63,994 nt of DNA, filler included, from Bigelowiella natans CCMP2755 (GCA_000320545.1; 4 parts of 4 records of this genome joined end to end with filler, not necessarily neighbours in it), one strand, 5' to 3'. Shown: positions 1 through 14,118, counted from the first letter of the whole stretch. Numbers and translations are program-made. The notes: generated from the sequence alone by a model not told the origin.

Positions 1-732
1 TTCATCCATCATTACAAATCACTTTACATGCGCACGTTCTGTTGGCTACTGGTTGCGTATCGTATATTCAGGGGAAACTGATATGATGTTGTCGCCATCG
101 TTTACTTCCTCTCCTCCTTTCTCTTTGCTATTCGTCGCCACTGTCCTCTCAGAATCGGTGTGCCGTTTGTCTTCCTGCTGCGCGACATCCTCAATTTCGA
201 GAAGTCTCTCCCCTCCATTCGAGAGAGAGTAACTAGCGCTCGCAGGACCTGCGACCTCATCCTCGGATTCGGAGACGGCAAGGTAGAGCGTATTAAAGAT
301 TGGTGGTGGTAGTGGTGGTGGTGGTACTGCTGCTGCTGACACGAACGATATCATTAATGGCTTGGTGTTGATTGTCCTCCTCCTCCTCCTCCTCCTTCTG
401 GCCCTGCTCCCTGCGTAGATCAAAGCCGAAGACAACGAAGCACCTTTCAACAGCGTGCAGTATAGTCATTCCGTGGCCAACTTTATGGACGATAAGGTGT
501 GTATCTAAGATGGATGTCAAAAAACGAAAAGTAATCATAGGTATTAGTAATAATCATGATGGTAGTGATAGTCATTCATTCCAATTGTTCGGTCCTCTTT
601 CCTTCCTTCCATCCTTTACTTCCAAATATATGCGAGGGAGCGCCTGCAAGTCCTTTGGATTGCATTAGGGTGTCTTTGTGTGTGTGTGTGTGTGTGTTTT
701 CGAAATAGGAAGGGAAAGAGAGAGAGATAGAT

Positions 733-778
<46 letters not shown>

Positions 779-1923
779 TGCTGGACTGTTTGTCAACATT
801 TCCTAAAGTAGTTTTTCAAATGTGTTCTGGTAGAACCTCAAGCCAGTGAATGACAGCTGGCATCGTCGAATCCCAAACGTGGTTTATCACGGTATCCATA
901 TTCAATTTGCAGTAGTAGTAGCACGAGGAGGAGTAGGAGAGGAGGAGTAGCATTGAATCAAGTCGTTTGGGAGAAGATGGCCAATAGAGAATAGTAGTGG
1001 CAGGACAACAGAAATTTAAATCGACATTTTCTATCAGTTTGACACCAATCTGTCGGAAAACAAGTCATTGACTTTCCCACTTCCCTTCATTTATTTATGG
1101 TTGGAGGGGGATTGCCGTTCCCACCCCGCCCACTGTATTTGTAATACCACCGTCATGACCATCACCATACGCAGGAATGGATTGGTTGTGCCCTGGATAC
1201 TCGGTGGTGCTGCAAAATAAACTTGAGGAGCATCGAACGTGCGTAGAGTTTTTATTACAACGCAATGATGGTGATGATGATGATGGTGATGGTGATGATG
1301 ATGATGATGATAATGAAACGTTGTGCAGTATTGTGTTATAAAAGCCTTGGCCTTGTGTTCGATGCCCTTACTATGTGTCTGATGATGCACGCAGGTCCCT
1401 CACCCCGGAATTGGTCATTAATGACGTCATCTCCATCGTCCAGACTGGAGATCTACATGCGGTTGTGTACGATCTCACAGAAATGGTATTGCAGTGTATT
1501 GACCTGATTCTTGTTGTAGCAACCAAAATTTGCAAGATTCTATCATGCAATGAGGGTCATCGTCGTCGTCTTTTTAAATTTCGGAACAGCATGATTCATA
1601 ATGATGGTGACGACGACCACGACTACCGACTTGATTTAGGGACGATGCCTCATCTTTGGTGTGAAAATTCAATCAGACAATGTATGTTGCCAATGCTCGC
1701 GGAAGCCAAGAAACTGGGCCGCAAAAGGCCTACGATCGCACTTTCACCAGATTCAACATGACAGAACTGTTCGAGCTGTCGTAACTACTTACAGCTAGTG
1801 TCAGCTTGCTGACATTGTATCCAGATGGAAAGATTTTCCAAGCATGCATGTTTTAGTCGCTCCTGAAGTGCGAGGCAAAAGGAACGTGAGAGGAATTGCC
1901 AAGATAATCAGCAGCGCTAGCAT
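1..1923 (-). other. Probable multi-exon gene of unknown function (structure unresolved, may run off window start)
   Basis: Minus-strand AG/GT-bounded coding-like segments (e.g. ISSLDDGDDVINDQFRGEGPACIIRHI near 1372-1452, and the 46-450 ORF) separated by microsatellite tracts. A hydrophobic MLALLIILAIPLTFLL stretch begins at 1923. I could not join these into one frame. Confidence 0.25.
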
Positions 1924-2336
1924 TGCATACCGATAAGTCCTTTAAATTGGAACACGCATTCCTTTAGTTATTATACGCAGATATGTATGAGCACATAGCA
2001 ACAACCCGTAAGTGCTTTATTTATGTGCTTATTTTTTTAACAATACGATACGTACGGTCATTACTATTATCATCCCTGCGCTTTATCACGTACACTACTA
2101 GCTGGCTAGACTAGTTATATGCATACGGCCGTGCTGATGATGCATGAGTAAAATAGTACACCTACATATACATTTTGTAGCTATGTTACTAAGCAAAGGC
2201 ATCTTAAATTAGCGCCTCCTACCGACAGCGCATATTGTTGCTGACATGCGGCCCATGTATTAGCTCGAATAGCCATCACCACAAATGCACTCTTCAAAAT
2301 CATAATTAGACGTTCGCGTGGGATTCTCCTGCAGAT

Positions 2337-4232
2337 TTACTTATCAGACACTCGAAATAGAGACAAGTGTTGTCGTCGGATGAAATGCCTATCACGCTTC
2401 ATCTTTGGGGGGGTTGGTTTGAAAAACGAGATTGGTACGAAGATGGGTGCCTTGTTCTCCGAACTCACGTTATTTTCATCCACAGATGTACTATGTTTCT
2501 GTGCTCGGATTTCAGTGGAAACTTTGTTTCCAGATTTATTTGATTTCATCAATTGCGAATCTGGAGTAACAAACTGTTGCGCTAGGACGGCTTTTGTTTT
2601 AGGAGTTTGAGGCTTAGTCGAGAATATTCGGTCGCTTTTAACAGGTTGATTAACTGGAATTTCGCGAAGAACCCCTTTTTTTACTATTTTCCCACTCAAT
2701 ATTCCAATAATTTCATCAGCATGTGAGCGTTTCTTCGGGTTCCATTGCAATCCTCTCTGGATTATCTTAATTTCTTCGTTTCCGGCAAGAGGGACTCGAA
2801 CGTGAAGGGGACGAATTGGGCGCTTTTTCACTGGTAAGCGAATCTCAAACTGGAAACCAGGATCGCTGATTTCGTAAACACGAGTATTAGTATTGCACAT
2901 GACTTCAAATAAAAATCGATTGACCTCCGGAACGCATATGCAGTGGATTTTGATATCGTGCCAATAGTCCTGGCAATTAAGTTCAATTGTTCTTGATCAG
3001 TGCGCCCAGCGAAAAGAGGGGTGCCTTTTATCATCTCAGCAAAAACACATGCCGCGGACCAAACGTCGATTCCACTCCCGTAAGCTTTGCTGAAAATGGT
3101 TATAGTCACTGCAAACTACTTCAATGCTGAATATATAATCGAAACTTCTCAACCTTCCGGCCAGAAGTTCAGGGGCGCGGTACCACCGGCTTGCTATGTA
3201 ATCCGTCAATGGAGGGATTTTGTGTGCCTTCTTTTTCTTCTTTGTTGTTTCTACTTCTCTCGCCAATCCGAAGTCGCACAATTTTGCATGGCTCGGTGGA
3301 TGAATAAGAATGTTTTCAGGCTTGACATCCCGGTGGAGCATACCCTGGTTAAATTGTTTACTCAGTGCAAGCGAAGTTAAATCGTAAAGAGAAATTGCGA
3401 GTGTAGCCTTGATAGTACATTCTATTATTCACCTACATTTCGATGCATATGAGCCAAGCCTTTGAGAATACCAGTAAAAATGGTGCGAGATCTATCAACT
3501 CCTAATGGCTTCGTTTTTCCATCTTTTGTGACCATTACTTCCAACAAGTTTTTCTCAACGTACTCCATTAAAAGTCTGAGAATTGCTGAAATAAACCTAA
3601 TCTATTCAAGGAACTGTATATGAAGCTTACATTCGCTCCCCGATCTTATTCAAAGTTGTATCGATGAATTCCACAATATTTGGCTGTCCAGTTCAATGGG
3701 AAAGACAAAAGACGCATTGTTAGTAAAATGTAGTGAAATTGGTAGTAATGAAGAATGTTACGTGGCGCAATCTTCGAAGCATCTCAATCTCACGCGTCAT
3801 TATCTGATGGGCGAAATAAAATGATGAAATAGAAGTAAAATCAATAAAAGTTCACTTTGTTCTGCAGATATGCGTGGTCGGGCAGCAACTTGAACTCTTT
3901 AAGAGCGACAATCCTTCCTGTGGATAGTGCCTTTGCCTTGAATACCTTGCCTGAGAAAGAAATATATATATGCACATCTGCGGTTCGAGGTTCAAAATAG
4001 GGCCCTGGATGCAAAAAATACTAAATGAATAATCAATGTACTCAAGCTCCTGGCCCTTCCCTTTGTGGTCACAAGCGACGATGATAGTGGCGAGCAAGTT
4101 CAGAGAAACAAAAATGAGTCGGGGAAGGCGACCATAACATCCTTCTCCGATTTTATTCTGGATGTGGTAAGTATCCGTCTTTGTCTCTATAGGGGGGAGT
4201 GGGGGATAGACGGAGGCAGCTGGTGTCCCCAT
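2337..4232 (-). CDS. CMGC Ser/Thr kinase, CDKL/MAK-like (multi-exon)
   Basis: Exons give IGEGCYG|KVFKA..VALKEFK, REIEMLRRLRH, HRDVKPENIL, KLCDFGLARE, activation loop LTDYIASRWYRAPELL (TxY) and DVWSAACVFAEM, followed by a basic disordered tail (2337-2900 ORF). The splice into the tail is not resolved. Confidence 0.9.
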
Positions 4233-4314
4233 CGTTACAACAGCTCTAAGCTGAATTATGCGAGCACACTGTTGAAGTCCCCAACAATCCTATGAATCTG
4301 GGTTATTTTCGGTG

Positions 4315-4526
4315 TGCGACATGGGATAACCCTGTGAACCCATAATCTTCTTACGGCGAACCCTGCCGCGGGAAGCTGTTTGCACGAACACCTGCGAACA
4401 CAAAAATGAATTTCAACCAGTCTTGCAGCATTGCGACAAGACTTTTCGTCAAGCAGGACCAAAATCATGGGTTTTTTACCAACGAAGAATAATCCATGGC
4501 CTTTTCTTGAAAATGTACATGTCGCA
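4315..4526. promoter_or_regulatory. Divergent promoter with inverted pair of CATGTCGCA motifs
   Basis: TGCGACATG at 4315-4323 and CATGTCGCA at 4518-4526. Each reads CATGTCGCA toward its own gene (kinase ATG 4232, CRYL1 ATG 4625). Confidence 0.5.
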
Positions 4527-4624
4527 CATCGCAAATTGCATGTGGTCAATGATTTTAAGACAAGGGTACCAGCTCTTCTCCTTCCGCACTTTCCCCGTGC
4601 TCGAAGCAGTTGGTGGACGTGACC

Positions 4625-7428
4625 ATGGAGACGAATCAGAAGGCAGTGATCGTGGGAAGCGGCATCGTAGGAAGGGCTTGGGCCGTGATTTTTGCCCGGG
4701 GTGGATTCAACGTGTCTTTGTTCGACATCTCCAAACCTGCTCGGGAGCTTGCCGTAAAGGAAGTCAGGAAGATGATCAAGGTTTTGGATGGCAAGGGACT
4801 GTTATTCGGAAAGAAACCCGAGGATGTAGGGGCCCTTATAAGTGCAGTGGATTCACTACCAGAGGCTCTTAGAGATGCAGTCTACGCCCAAGAATGTGTA
4901 CCTGAAAATCTTGCTCTCAAGACCAAGGTGTTCGCGGACATTGACAAAGCTGCAACTGAAGTGAAGAACGACAGCCTGATAATGGGTGGGCTGTAATAAC
5001 TTTGAAAATAAAGATATTGTGTTATTCAATTGCAAATATATTGAGCATGCCATAAAACGAATCAGGTTCATCGAGCTCAACAATGCCTATCTCCCTTTTT
5101 GTAAAAGATCTGAAGCATAAGGCCCAATGCCTCATCGCTCATCCCGTGAACCCACCATTCGCTATTCCAGTGGTTGAGGTAATTCCAGGGCCTTTCACAT
5201 CGGGAGAAACCGTCCAGACTACTAGAAAAATTATGTCGGAGCTTCAGATGTCTCCTGCTGTTTTACTCAAGGAGATCGACGGTTTTCTGGTGAATCGTAT
5301 GCAGTATGCCCTTCTGGCGGAAGCTTACCGTTTGGTAGACGACGATGTAGCCTCGCCCCAGGACGTAGATTTAGCAATATCAAAGGGATTAGGTATCTTA
5401 AAATTCCTTAATATTTCTCTCCAGAAAATGCTTCTAAATCATTTGCGCACTCTTCTCATCTCAGGTCTCAGGTGGTCATTCATGGGACCGTTCCAGACAA
5501 TTGATTTAAATGCACCAGGTGGCGTGGAAGACTATTTCCACAGATATGGCTCGTCGATCTCACGCGTGATCAAATCAATGGACAACAATCGGAATTGGAA
5601 TCCGAAGACAATCGAGAGAATACACAAAGCAATGAGAGAGGAAACTCCGGTGGACAAATTAGGAGAGCGGTTGCGGTGGAGGAATGAGCGTTTGCTAAAT
5701 TTAGCCGTGCATAAATCTCAGCAAACTCCATGGAGTACCACTACTGAGGGTAAAATCGATGATGAGAAAGCAGTGCAAAATTCAGCAGCATCAAAAGGAG
5801 GGACCACTCGCTCTAGTGTGAAAGAGGGCAAAGTTGTCATCGTAGGTTCAGGCATAGTGGGACGGTGCTGGGCTGCTATATTTGCTCGAGGCGGGTTTCC
5901 TGTGAAAATTTATGACGTCACAAAGGAAGCTATGGACACAGCGATAATTGAGATTCGGAAGTTGGTTGGAATGATGCATGATAATGGACTTTTGAGAGGC
6001 AAAGATCCCGAGGAAGTTGCTTCTCGTGTGTCCTGTGCAAGGTCTTTGGACACAGCCCTGAAAGGCGCTGTCTACCTGCAAGAATGTGTTCCTGAAAACC
6101 TCAGCATCAAAAAGGCAGTGTTTCAACAAATCGACCAGGCAATGTCAAAATCAGGGAACGGCACATGTATTCTCGGATCTTCCTCATCGAACATGTATAT
6201 CTCTCAATTCACGTCCGAGCTCAAAAACCGAGCCAACTGTCTCGTTTGCCATCCAGTGAATCCACCATTTGCTATCCCAATCGTGGAGGTTGTGCCTGCC
6301 GTGTACACAAACACCGATATAGTTTCCCAAGCAAGGGATCTGTTGAAGGAGATGGGCCTTTCACCTGCTGTTTTGAAGAAGGAAGTTGATGGCTTTCTCG
6401 TGAATCGCATGCAATATGCGCTGTTGGCCGAGGCATTTCGACTGGTGGACGACGGAGCCGCCTCCCCAGAAGATGTGGATGTGGCAATTTCGCAAGGCCT
6501 CGGCCTGCGTTGGTCATTCATGGGTAGGAAGTAGTAGTAGTACTAGTAGTAGTAGTAGTAGTAGTAGTGACAGGTAGTCGCAATAGTTTAACTTCTGCAC
6601 GATACTATCACCAAGAGCAACTGAGAGCTTCTTCTGAGACGAATTAACACGAATTCTCGTACGCCAAACACCACAGGTCCCTTTCAGACCATCGATCTTA
6701 ATGCTCCAGGAGGGGTGGACGATTATTTTAAGAGGTACGGTAGCGCCATATCGCGGGTGATAGGTGCCATGGATAACGCGCGTCCATGGAGGAAAGAAAC
6801 CGTGAGTAAGATTCACAAGGCGATGCGGAAAGAGGTTCCTACACAGTCCCGCGACGCGCGACTCCAATGGAGAAATCAACGTCTGCTGAAACTCGCAGTC
6901 CATGAGCTGAACTGTGTTGCCCAGGAAGAAGACGCCAAGGAGAGGGGCAACCCGGCAACATATCAAATCGCCTGGGTCACAGCACCAAAGCAAGAGGTTG
7001 GGGAGCAAATCGCTGCGGCCCTCGTTGATCGGAAGCTGGCAGCGTGTGTCAATATCATCCAGGGGATTACGAGTGTGTATGTATGGGAGGGGAAAGTGGA
7101 GAAGGACTCGGAGGTGCTCCTGATGATCAAAACGAGGAAGAATCTGATCAAAGATTTGATCTCGTGTGTGGAGCAGATTCACCCTTACGATTGCCCCGAA
7201 GTAATAACAACCTCAATTGCCGATGGACGCAAAGGGTATTTACTACAATCGTCATGAATATTATCATTGGTTTATATCTCCATACGATATTGCACATATC
7301 CCGTTTCACGCACATCCTATTCGTAGGTAGGTAGGTTTTTCTCCATTGTCTTCCTCACTAATAAACTACTGCTTTGCGACGGCTATAGATATCTGGAATG
7401 GATTGGAAACTCGACCCGGAAACAGTAG
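4625..7428 (+). CDS. Tandem lambda-crystallin-like (CRYL1 / L-gulonate 3-dehydrogenase, 3HCDH family) x2 fused to a C-terminal CutA1 domain
   Basis: Exons 4625-4985, 5066-5392, 5465-6523, 6677-7235, 7389-7428, all GT-AG and frame-consistent. Two complete units, each with IVGSGIVG (Rossmann), QECVPENL, SSSS, HPVNPP, NRMQYALL and GLGLRWSFMGPFQTIDLNAPGG. Then CutA: WVTAP..LAACVNIIQGITSVYVWEGKVEKDSEVLLMIKT..HPYDCPEVI..YLEWI. Confidence 0.9.
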
Positions 7429-8149
7429 AACCGGCGTAACCAGGGTATCCATATGGACAGTCCAGACCTGAATAACAGATCGACGTAACCATGCAATGTC
7501 GATGAGCATGCACCATGCACATCATCAGCTGGCCTGCTTCAAATAAAGTTTTCGCACTGCTTTTTATATTGCATTGATTCTCTGCTATTTCGTTCCAATG
7601 TCAAAATAAATTGAGAAGAGGCAACATTATTCTTCATATGTCCATAAATAGATGTAATGTGTAAATGTATAGCAGCCTACACATGTATCAGGCTCATTAG
7701 CTCGCGCGTCGGTCTGGATGCATGTATATCTATGGTATGGCTAGCTTTCTGTGTAGCCTACAACTATGTATGTTGCTTCAGCTAAGGAGGAGAAGCTAGG
7801 AAGACTGCGTGCATGTACCTGCTACGATCGATGTATCTACTGATACACTATCTAGCTATGCGGCGTAGTGATGCCATGCTGCGTTCAGCGCTGCTTAGCC
7901 ATATACGAGAGCTCTATGTACAAGACCACTACGTGTTCGTGCTGACAACTGGGTCTGGTAAATTGCACAAGTTATGCAGCGAGGATAATAGCTATCTAAC
8001 TATGTACGAGACGTGCAGCTAGTAGCAATTGTCATGGATCAATGTTATTACACATCTTGAATTAATGCAAGTAATAAATTCTCATCCGGGCTAGCGGGCC
8101 TTTATGAATTTCCGCGCATTCCCTAATCCCAAGCTAGCCAGCTACCCCT

Positions 8150-9543
8150 CTAGTCGTCCTTTTCGTTCTTCACTTGACGCCGTTGAGCTCTCCTTGCCTG
8201 TCGCTCAGCCAGTCTCTTGTCTGAAGCGGTCCCTGGGCTGGCTTGCTGCTGTGACCCAGAAGCTGGAACCAGATGTAGAGGCGGGATTATACCCAACATC
8301 TTCCTTACACCCGGGCGGCGAAGCATGAGAATCTATCAAAATTTCACAGACATAATCCATCCACACATACATGTAAATTACGAGCGACCACAGTATCGAG
8401 TGGCGAGAGGGAAATCGCTGACCTGAACAATGGTAAATGCAGAGGATGCTATCCAGTACGGGAAGACTCCAGCTGGTAGCTGCACTATCATTGGGGATGT
8501 CAGAAGCACTAGCCCCTGCAAAGCATGGATGAGCCGGTCAACGACGGAGAACGTGGGCTGCGAATCTGGGTGCAAAGCCCTGTCGGTTATAAAAGCCAAA
8601 TCCGATAAGCAGAAGCTGATGATGCAGTGCGTGCTAATGAATTAACCTGCGACCACGCAGACCAAGCTCGAGGGAAACTAAAGTGCCAATTATACCGACA
8701 GCTGGAAGCACCATGTAAGGATCTGGTGCCTGTCGTATTAGTGAGAGAGATCACAGAAGGAGGAGAAGGAGGAGGAGGAGGAGGAGAGAGAGAAGAAGTC
8801 AGCACAATTATCTAGTTTGAGTGGATTCATGCGTGAGTCGGTGCGCCCGATAGCACAATGATACCCACACACAACATTGATGATCAATAACCTGCAGATT
8901 CACAAACCAGTAGCACCCGGCAGTCTGAAACTCCGGAGAGGAAAGAACCAGCCGTCTTGCCCCTGAGTAGACAGAAACACGCCACTCAGTTTTATCTTCT
9001 TGCCTCTCAAAAGCGAAGAGCAGCATCGAACAACGTTGTTTACCGAAAATGAATGTGACGAAGATGGGAATATTGATGAGTGGGTAAAGTACCACTCTGA
9101 TCGGAGAAAATTTGAACCTAAAGGGTAGGGTTACAGAAGACCGGCTCGCAATGACATCCCAAGGCAAAAGAAACAATAGCATTACTGATCGAACGTAATC
9201 TTCAGATTTTTCCTCAGTAAGATCAGCTTTGTGGTTACATCTTCCTTGGACATTTTGAAGGCTTGATGCAGTATTTGCAGATAAGGCTAAATTTGATGAT
9301 GATGTTATGGGAGCAGCAAAGGTTACCAAGAACCAACGAGGTTAACGCCTAATATTTCTTATTCCGAGAAACAATACTCTAATACCTGCATTACGGCCAG
9401 TCTCATGTTATACCTTGCCTGTGCTACGACCTAACGGGGAAAGGAATGAATAATCTTGGCACGTATCATCAACACAGGGAGGGAAATCGAATCTTTTCGA
9501 TATCAAACAATAATTAGTATGTTTGTTTGCTGTTAAATTTATT

Positions 9544-9589
<46 letters not shown>

Positions 9590-10372
9590 GCGTGTGTGTG
9601 TGTGTTTGTGCGTGTTCAAATATTAACCAGAGGGAGCATAGATAGCCTGACTGCTACGGTCGCTAGAGCGATGGTGGACACCCAAGGTAGATCGAGCTGC
9701 TCAGGTGAAATGAAACAATATAACGAGACGTTCAGATTTGATTTGAAAACAGCCACCATGACGGACAATGCAGCATCATTATAACCTACATTGTTGTGCA
9801 TGAAGTCTAACATATCCTGCACGTATTCCGTCGGTAAGTAGTCGACCCACCCAGGTATGTACACTTGATTGTGAGAGAAAAGGCACATCGAAGTTGAATC
9901 AAATAACACATTCCTCTAGGAATCATGAAATTCAAGTGGCTGATCTCCTCACTACTCTACGACTAACAAAATCACTTTGTTCTGGAGTGGTGTCGTCCAC
10001 GATGTCAGAGATATCAAGTTGGTTGCTCTCCGAGTCGTATCTGCAGTAGTAGGAGAGGCTGCTCAGCGCAGTATTACAAATCACTACATTTCAAATTCTA
10101 CTGCGGCATCATCATGTCGACCTTTGCCCCAAGCTACCCAGACTTTCACCTACGTCACCAGTATCCTTTGAATTTTCATTCCCACCGTCGACGTCGACGT
10201 CGCCCGCCGCCATCGCTACAAACGCCATCGCTGGGGAGGACGGTGTTGGCGGATAGAGTCGGTTTCCATTGTTTAGCGACACATTGGTGCGCCCGGCGAT
10301 TCTCGACGCATACGCAAGAGGACGGTATTGTAAGCGTCGTAGCACGTGCATTCGGCGTGGCAGGAGCAGCAT
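8150..10372 (-). CDS. Oxa1/Cox18/YidC-family mitochondrial membrane insertase (multi-exon)
   Basis: Arg-rich presequence MLLLPRRMHVLRRLQYR. Motifs LPWVSTIALATVAVRLSMLPL, PLINIPIFVTF, GCYWFVNL|APDPYMVLP, QLPAGVFPYWIASSAFTIVQ|ILMLRRPGVRKMLGI. Stop TAG at 8150-8152. Confidence 0.85.
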
Positions 10373-10697
10373 TCTCCGTTCAGTGGCCCTGACGCATCGT
10401 CTGGGGGAGGAGGAGGTAGAGGTCTGGTTCGTCGTACGGCAACAACTCCACAACAACTTTCCTAGAGATTTCTCTGAGATTATTTTTCCAATGCACTGAG
10501 ATTTTCGATGTCGCACAGGGGAAATGCCCCCGCTGCCTCTCCCCCTCCCTCACGCCTCTACGAGTACACATCGCTCAGCGTCAGTTCTCTTCTGCTGCCA
10601 AGTTGCTTGTTTGCTTGCTTGTTTCTGTGAGGCATTGCACCGGTTACTGGAAAGATCCTGTGGTTTGGAATTTGCTGATCCCCCGACTCCCGATTCG

Positions 10698-12212
10698 ATG
10701 GGATCGTTGACGTCCTCCCTCTCCAGCGGAAGCGAGGCGAAGCTCCTCCCAGAACACTTGGAGTCGTTCGAGGCAATGAAATTCTCCACAATTCGCTTGA
10801 CTCATACCATACCTCCCCTTCATAAACGTACGCGGGTGCTGTGCGAGCCCACATACAGTGCATTTGGCCGGGATACACCTGTTTTTACGGAAGATCTGGA
10901 GGCGAGTCGACTAATAGCTTTCAATTTTTTTGGTAGACTCTCTTCCGACCCGGACAAATCCTGGTCGCGGATGCTAAGCTGACGCCGCCGAAAGTCAAGT
11001 AAGAATTCAACATCTGCTGCACTCACTTCTTTTTTAGCTACGAACGATGACACTCATTCTTCTTGCAGGGTCAAACCAGATGAAGGCAATTTCATTCGCG
11101 TCATGCAATGGTGAGGATAATCAAATATTTGCATAGTGTGAACAACACATGTACATAATGCCCATTGAAACAGGAATCTCCTAGCGGATGGCCTCTCCCA
11201 GGATGGGTTCGTCACGAAAATGGTAGTAGCAGTATTAGTAGTAGTAGCAGTAGTAGTAGTAGTAGTAGTAGTAAACGATACAACAAGTTTCCATACTCTA
11301 CCCATACATAAACAAAAATACTGACGTACAACCTCTTGCCGATACGTTGCAGATGACGCAGGAGTTCCTAGAGCTTCTTCGAAAGGAAAAGGTCGAGTAT
11401 TCAGGCTTGGGCTACTATACGCACCGTCCATTCGCTTTTTTGTATTTTTTTTTTCAGGGATAAATAAGATCCATAAACCGATCTACCCCTCGCACACTTT
11501 CTCTCCTCCCGCTTATTTGCAAGTTCTTAGTACCTTCGGGGTTTTGAGCCAGGAAGGTTGTAGGCGTTCTTAAATGGAACTATGGTGTATGGTATTCATC
11601 AATTTAGGACGAGGTTCATAATGGTGGTACCTCAGTCAGCAATTTTGTGCCAATCTTGCCCTCCGCAACTGTGAAAAGCGCAACGAATACACCCATTATT
11701 CCACGGGGAAACCGAAGAGAGAGAGTGACTGGAGAGGATAATAGTCATGGGGAAGTAGGAGAGGGGAAGGTTGGGGAAGAAGAAAGAGGAGGAGGAGGAG
11801 GAGGAGGAGGAGGAGGAGGAGGAGCCCTAGGCAACCGTGCGGCAAAGGACAAGAAGACCAGAAATCAAGGGAAAGAAGAGAAGAATGTGGAGAAGCTACT
11901 AGTTGGTGAGAAGGATGGTTCAAGTGGTGGTGGTGGTGGTAGTGAAAAAGAAGCAGTTGCGGACTGTCTAAATCTGAGCGCGGTTTATTGCACTTGGGAC
12001 GAAATGATCAAAGAATTAAAGGTTGCATCACCAAGCACAACTTAAATTTAATAATGTTATTCTCATTTACACACGATCAGAGACATTTTACTTCAAGGAC
12101 TGCAAAAGCATGAAATGCGTGCATTCGTTTCCAAAAAAACAGTTTTTCTCTGGAATTCTATGTTTGGTTTGCAAATGTGCTAACGCACACGCACAACCAT
12201 TATATATTATAT

Positions 12213-12258
<46 letters not shown>

Positions 12259-12527
12259 CCCCAGCCGCTCCCCCTTTCCTCGCCTCGATTACATGCAAGA
12301 ATCCTTGCCCATCATATACAACTACTCATAGGCCTTCGATGCCATCGAGTCAGCTGCGGAGAAGGAAGAAATATGTAATTATTAAAGATACAACAATACT
12401 CACAGGAAACCCAAAAAACTAGTGCAAGTTGGAGCATGTTTGTGATGACACCGTTTGCCTCACGATTGAAATTGTTGCAAAAGTGTTGCGAAGAGGACTA
12501 GTGTTGCCATATTACATGCGATCTGGC

Positions 12528-12562
<35 letters not shown>

Positions 12563-13650
12563 GCGTTGAACTAATCATTATTTTCGCTTTTTCTTCACTA
12601 GCGCAGTAATAAATACATGTTTGGACCCTTGTACTTATCTCTATCTCTCTCTTTCTCTCTTTCACTCAACCAAGGCCGTCGGTTCGTCAACAAGTACAAT
12701 TCACAAATATCTCGTCGCAACCTGGATGTCCTGGTGGCCTTCAGGGGGCGGCTTCTCCGTTATCTCACCACGATTCAAGCTGCAGATCCCGATGTGAGTG
12801 TGTGCATGACGTACATGATGTGTCAGGAGTGAATGGCTGTCCAAGAGAAAGGGATAGGGGGGGGGGGGGGGGGGGTATGAGACATAGCTTGCCTGCTACC
12901 TACCGCAGCGATGATCATCTCTCGCAGTTACCGTTTGTGATCACGATCTCCATCCTATCATCATCATCACCATCATTATCATCACCACCATCCTCTACTT
13001 GATCTAGCACTGTCTCCTCCTCACTACCCATCTCACAGATTCTCACGGTGCAAGAGCTGGATCATTTCGAGGATGTCTCTGAAGCGCTCTCTCACCTTGG
13101 TAGTAAGTGTACTACGTGGTCATTCGTTTCGTTGATCACCTTCTTCCTTCTCCTCCTACTCGCATACGTGCACTCGCTTCCTATTCCTCCTCTTCTTACT
13201 ATTCCTCCTCCTACTCTTCTTATTCTCCCCCCCCCCCCCCCTCCCCACCACACACACACACACACGTGGCTAGGATACACCTCGATGGGATTGCCACCAA
13301 GAAAAACAGGACGGAAATTCGAGCAGGGTGGGGGTGTTTAGGAGAGCGATGACAATCTACGCTACTCACCTTTTTCTGAATTTCCCTGAAGCCTAGAGAG
13401 GATGTCCACGCGGCGAGAAGCGACTATAAATACTATATATTAAAGACTCTTTGAGATGTTGTCGTTTGTTGGTTGGTTGGTTCGTACGTTCATTCGTTGA
13501 TTCGCCCATTCTATGCGTGTTGTTGTATATGGTGATGTTGTTTGTAGGAGGCGATAGGGGGTACATACCTCTGTGGAGAAGGGAACGCCAGGCTTATCTG
13601 AAGATGCTCAGGTCGTTTGTGTTGTAGACTAATTGAAGTAATACTTGTGC

Positions 13651-13684
<34 letters not shown>

Positions 13685-14033
13685 ATAGATCGCAAGAGAA
13701 ATGAGAAGGGGAGCGTTGTTGCGAAGTCTCCATCTCTTTGGGAGATTATAACAATGACTAGAGAATTTGAAAGATATGTGTCATGGACACGGACTCGTGT
13801 GTTATGTTTGAAATTTTGTAGTATATGTATATTTAAATATATCATGTTAACTTATTATACGTCATATACCCATCTCTCTTCTTTTGTTTGAGCAAACAAG
13901 AATGGATTCGTTGATGCGAGTCTGATCACCAAGATGTGAGCGCTGTTGTGTTGTTGTTGGTGGTGATAACTGTTGTCGCAGGGATGATGCCGGAAGATGT
14001 TTTGCGCCAAAGGTAAAACTAAGAGCTCTCCCC

Positions 14034-14118
<85 letters not shown>

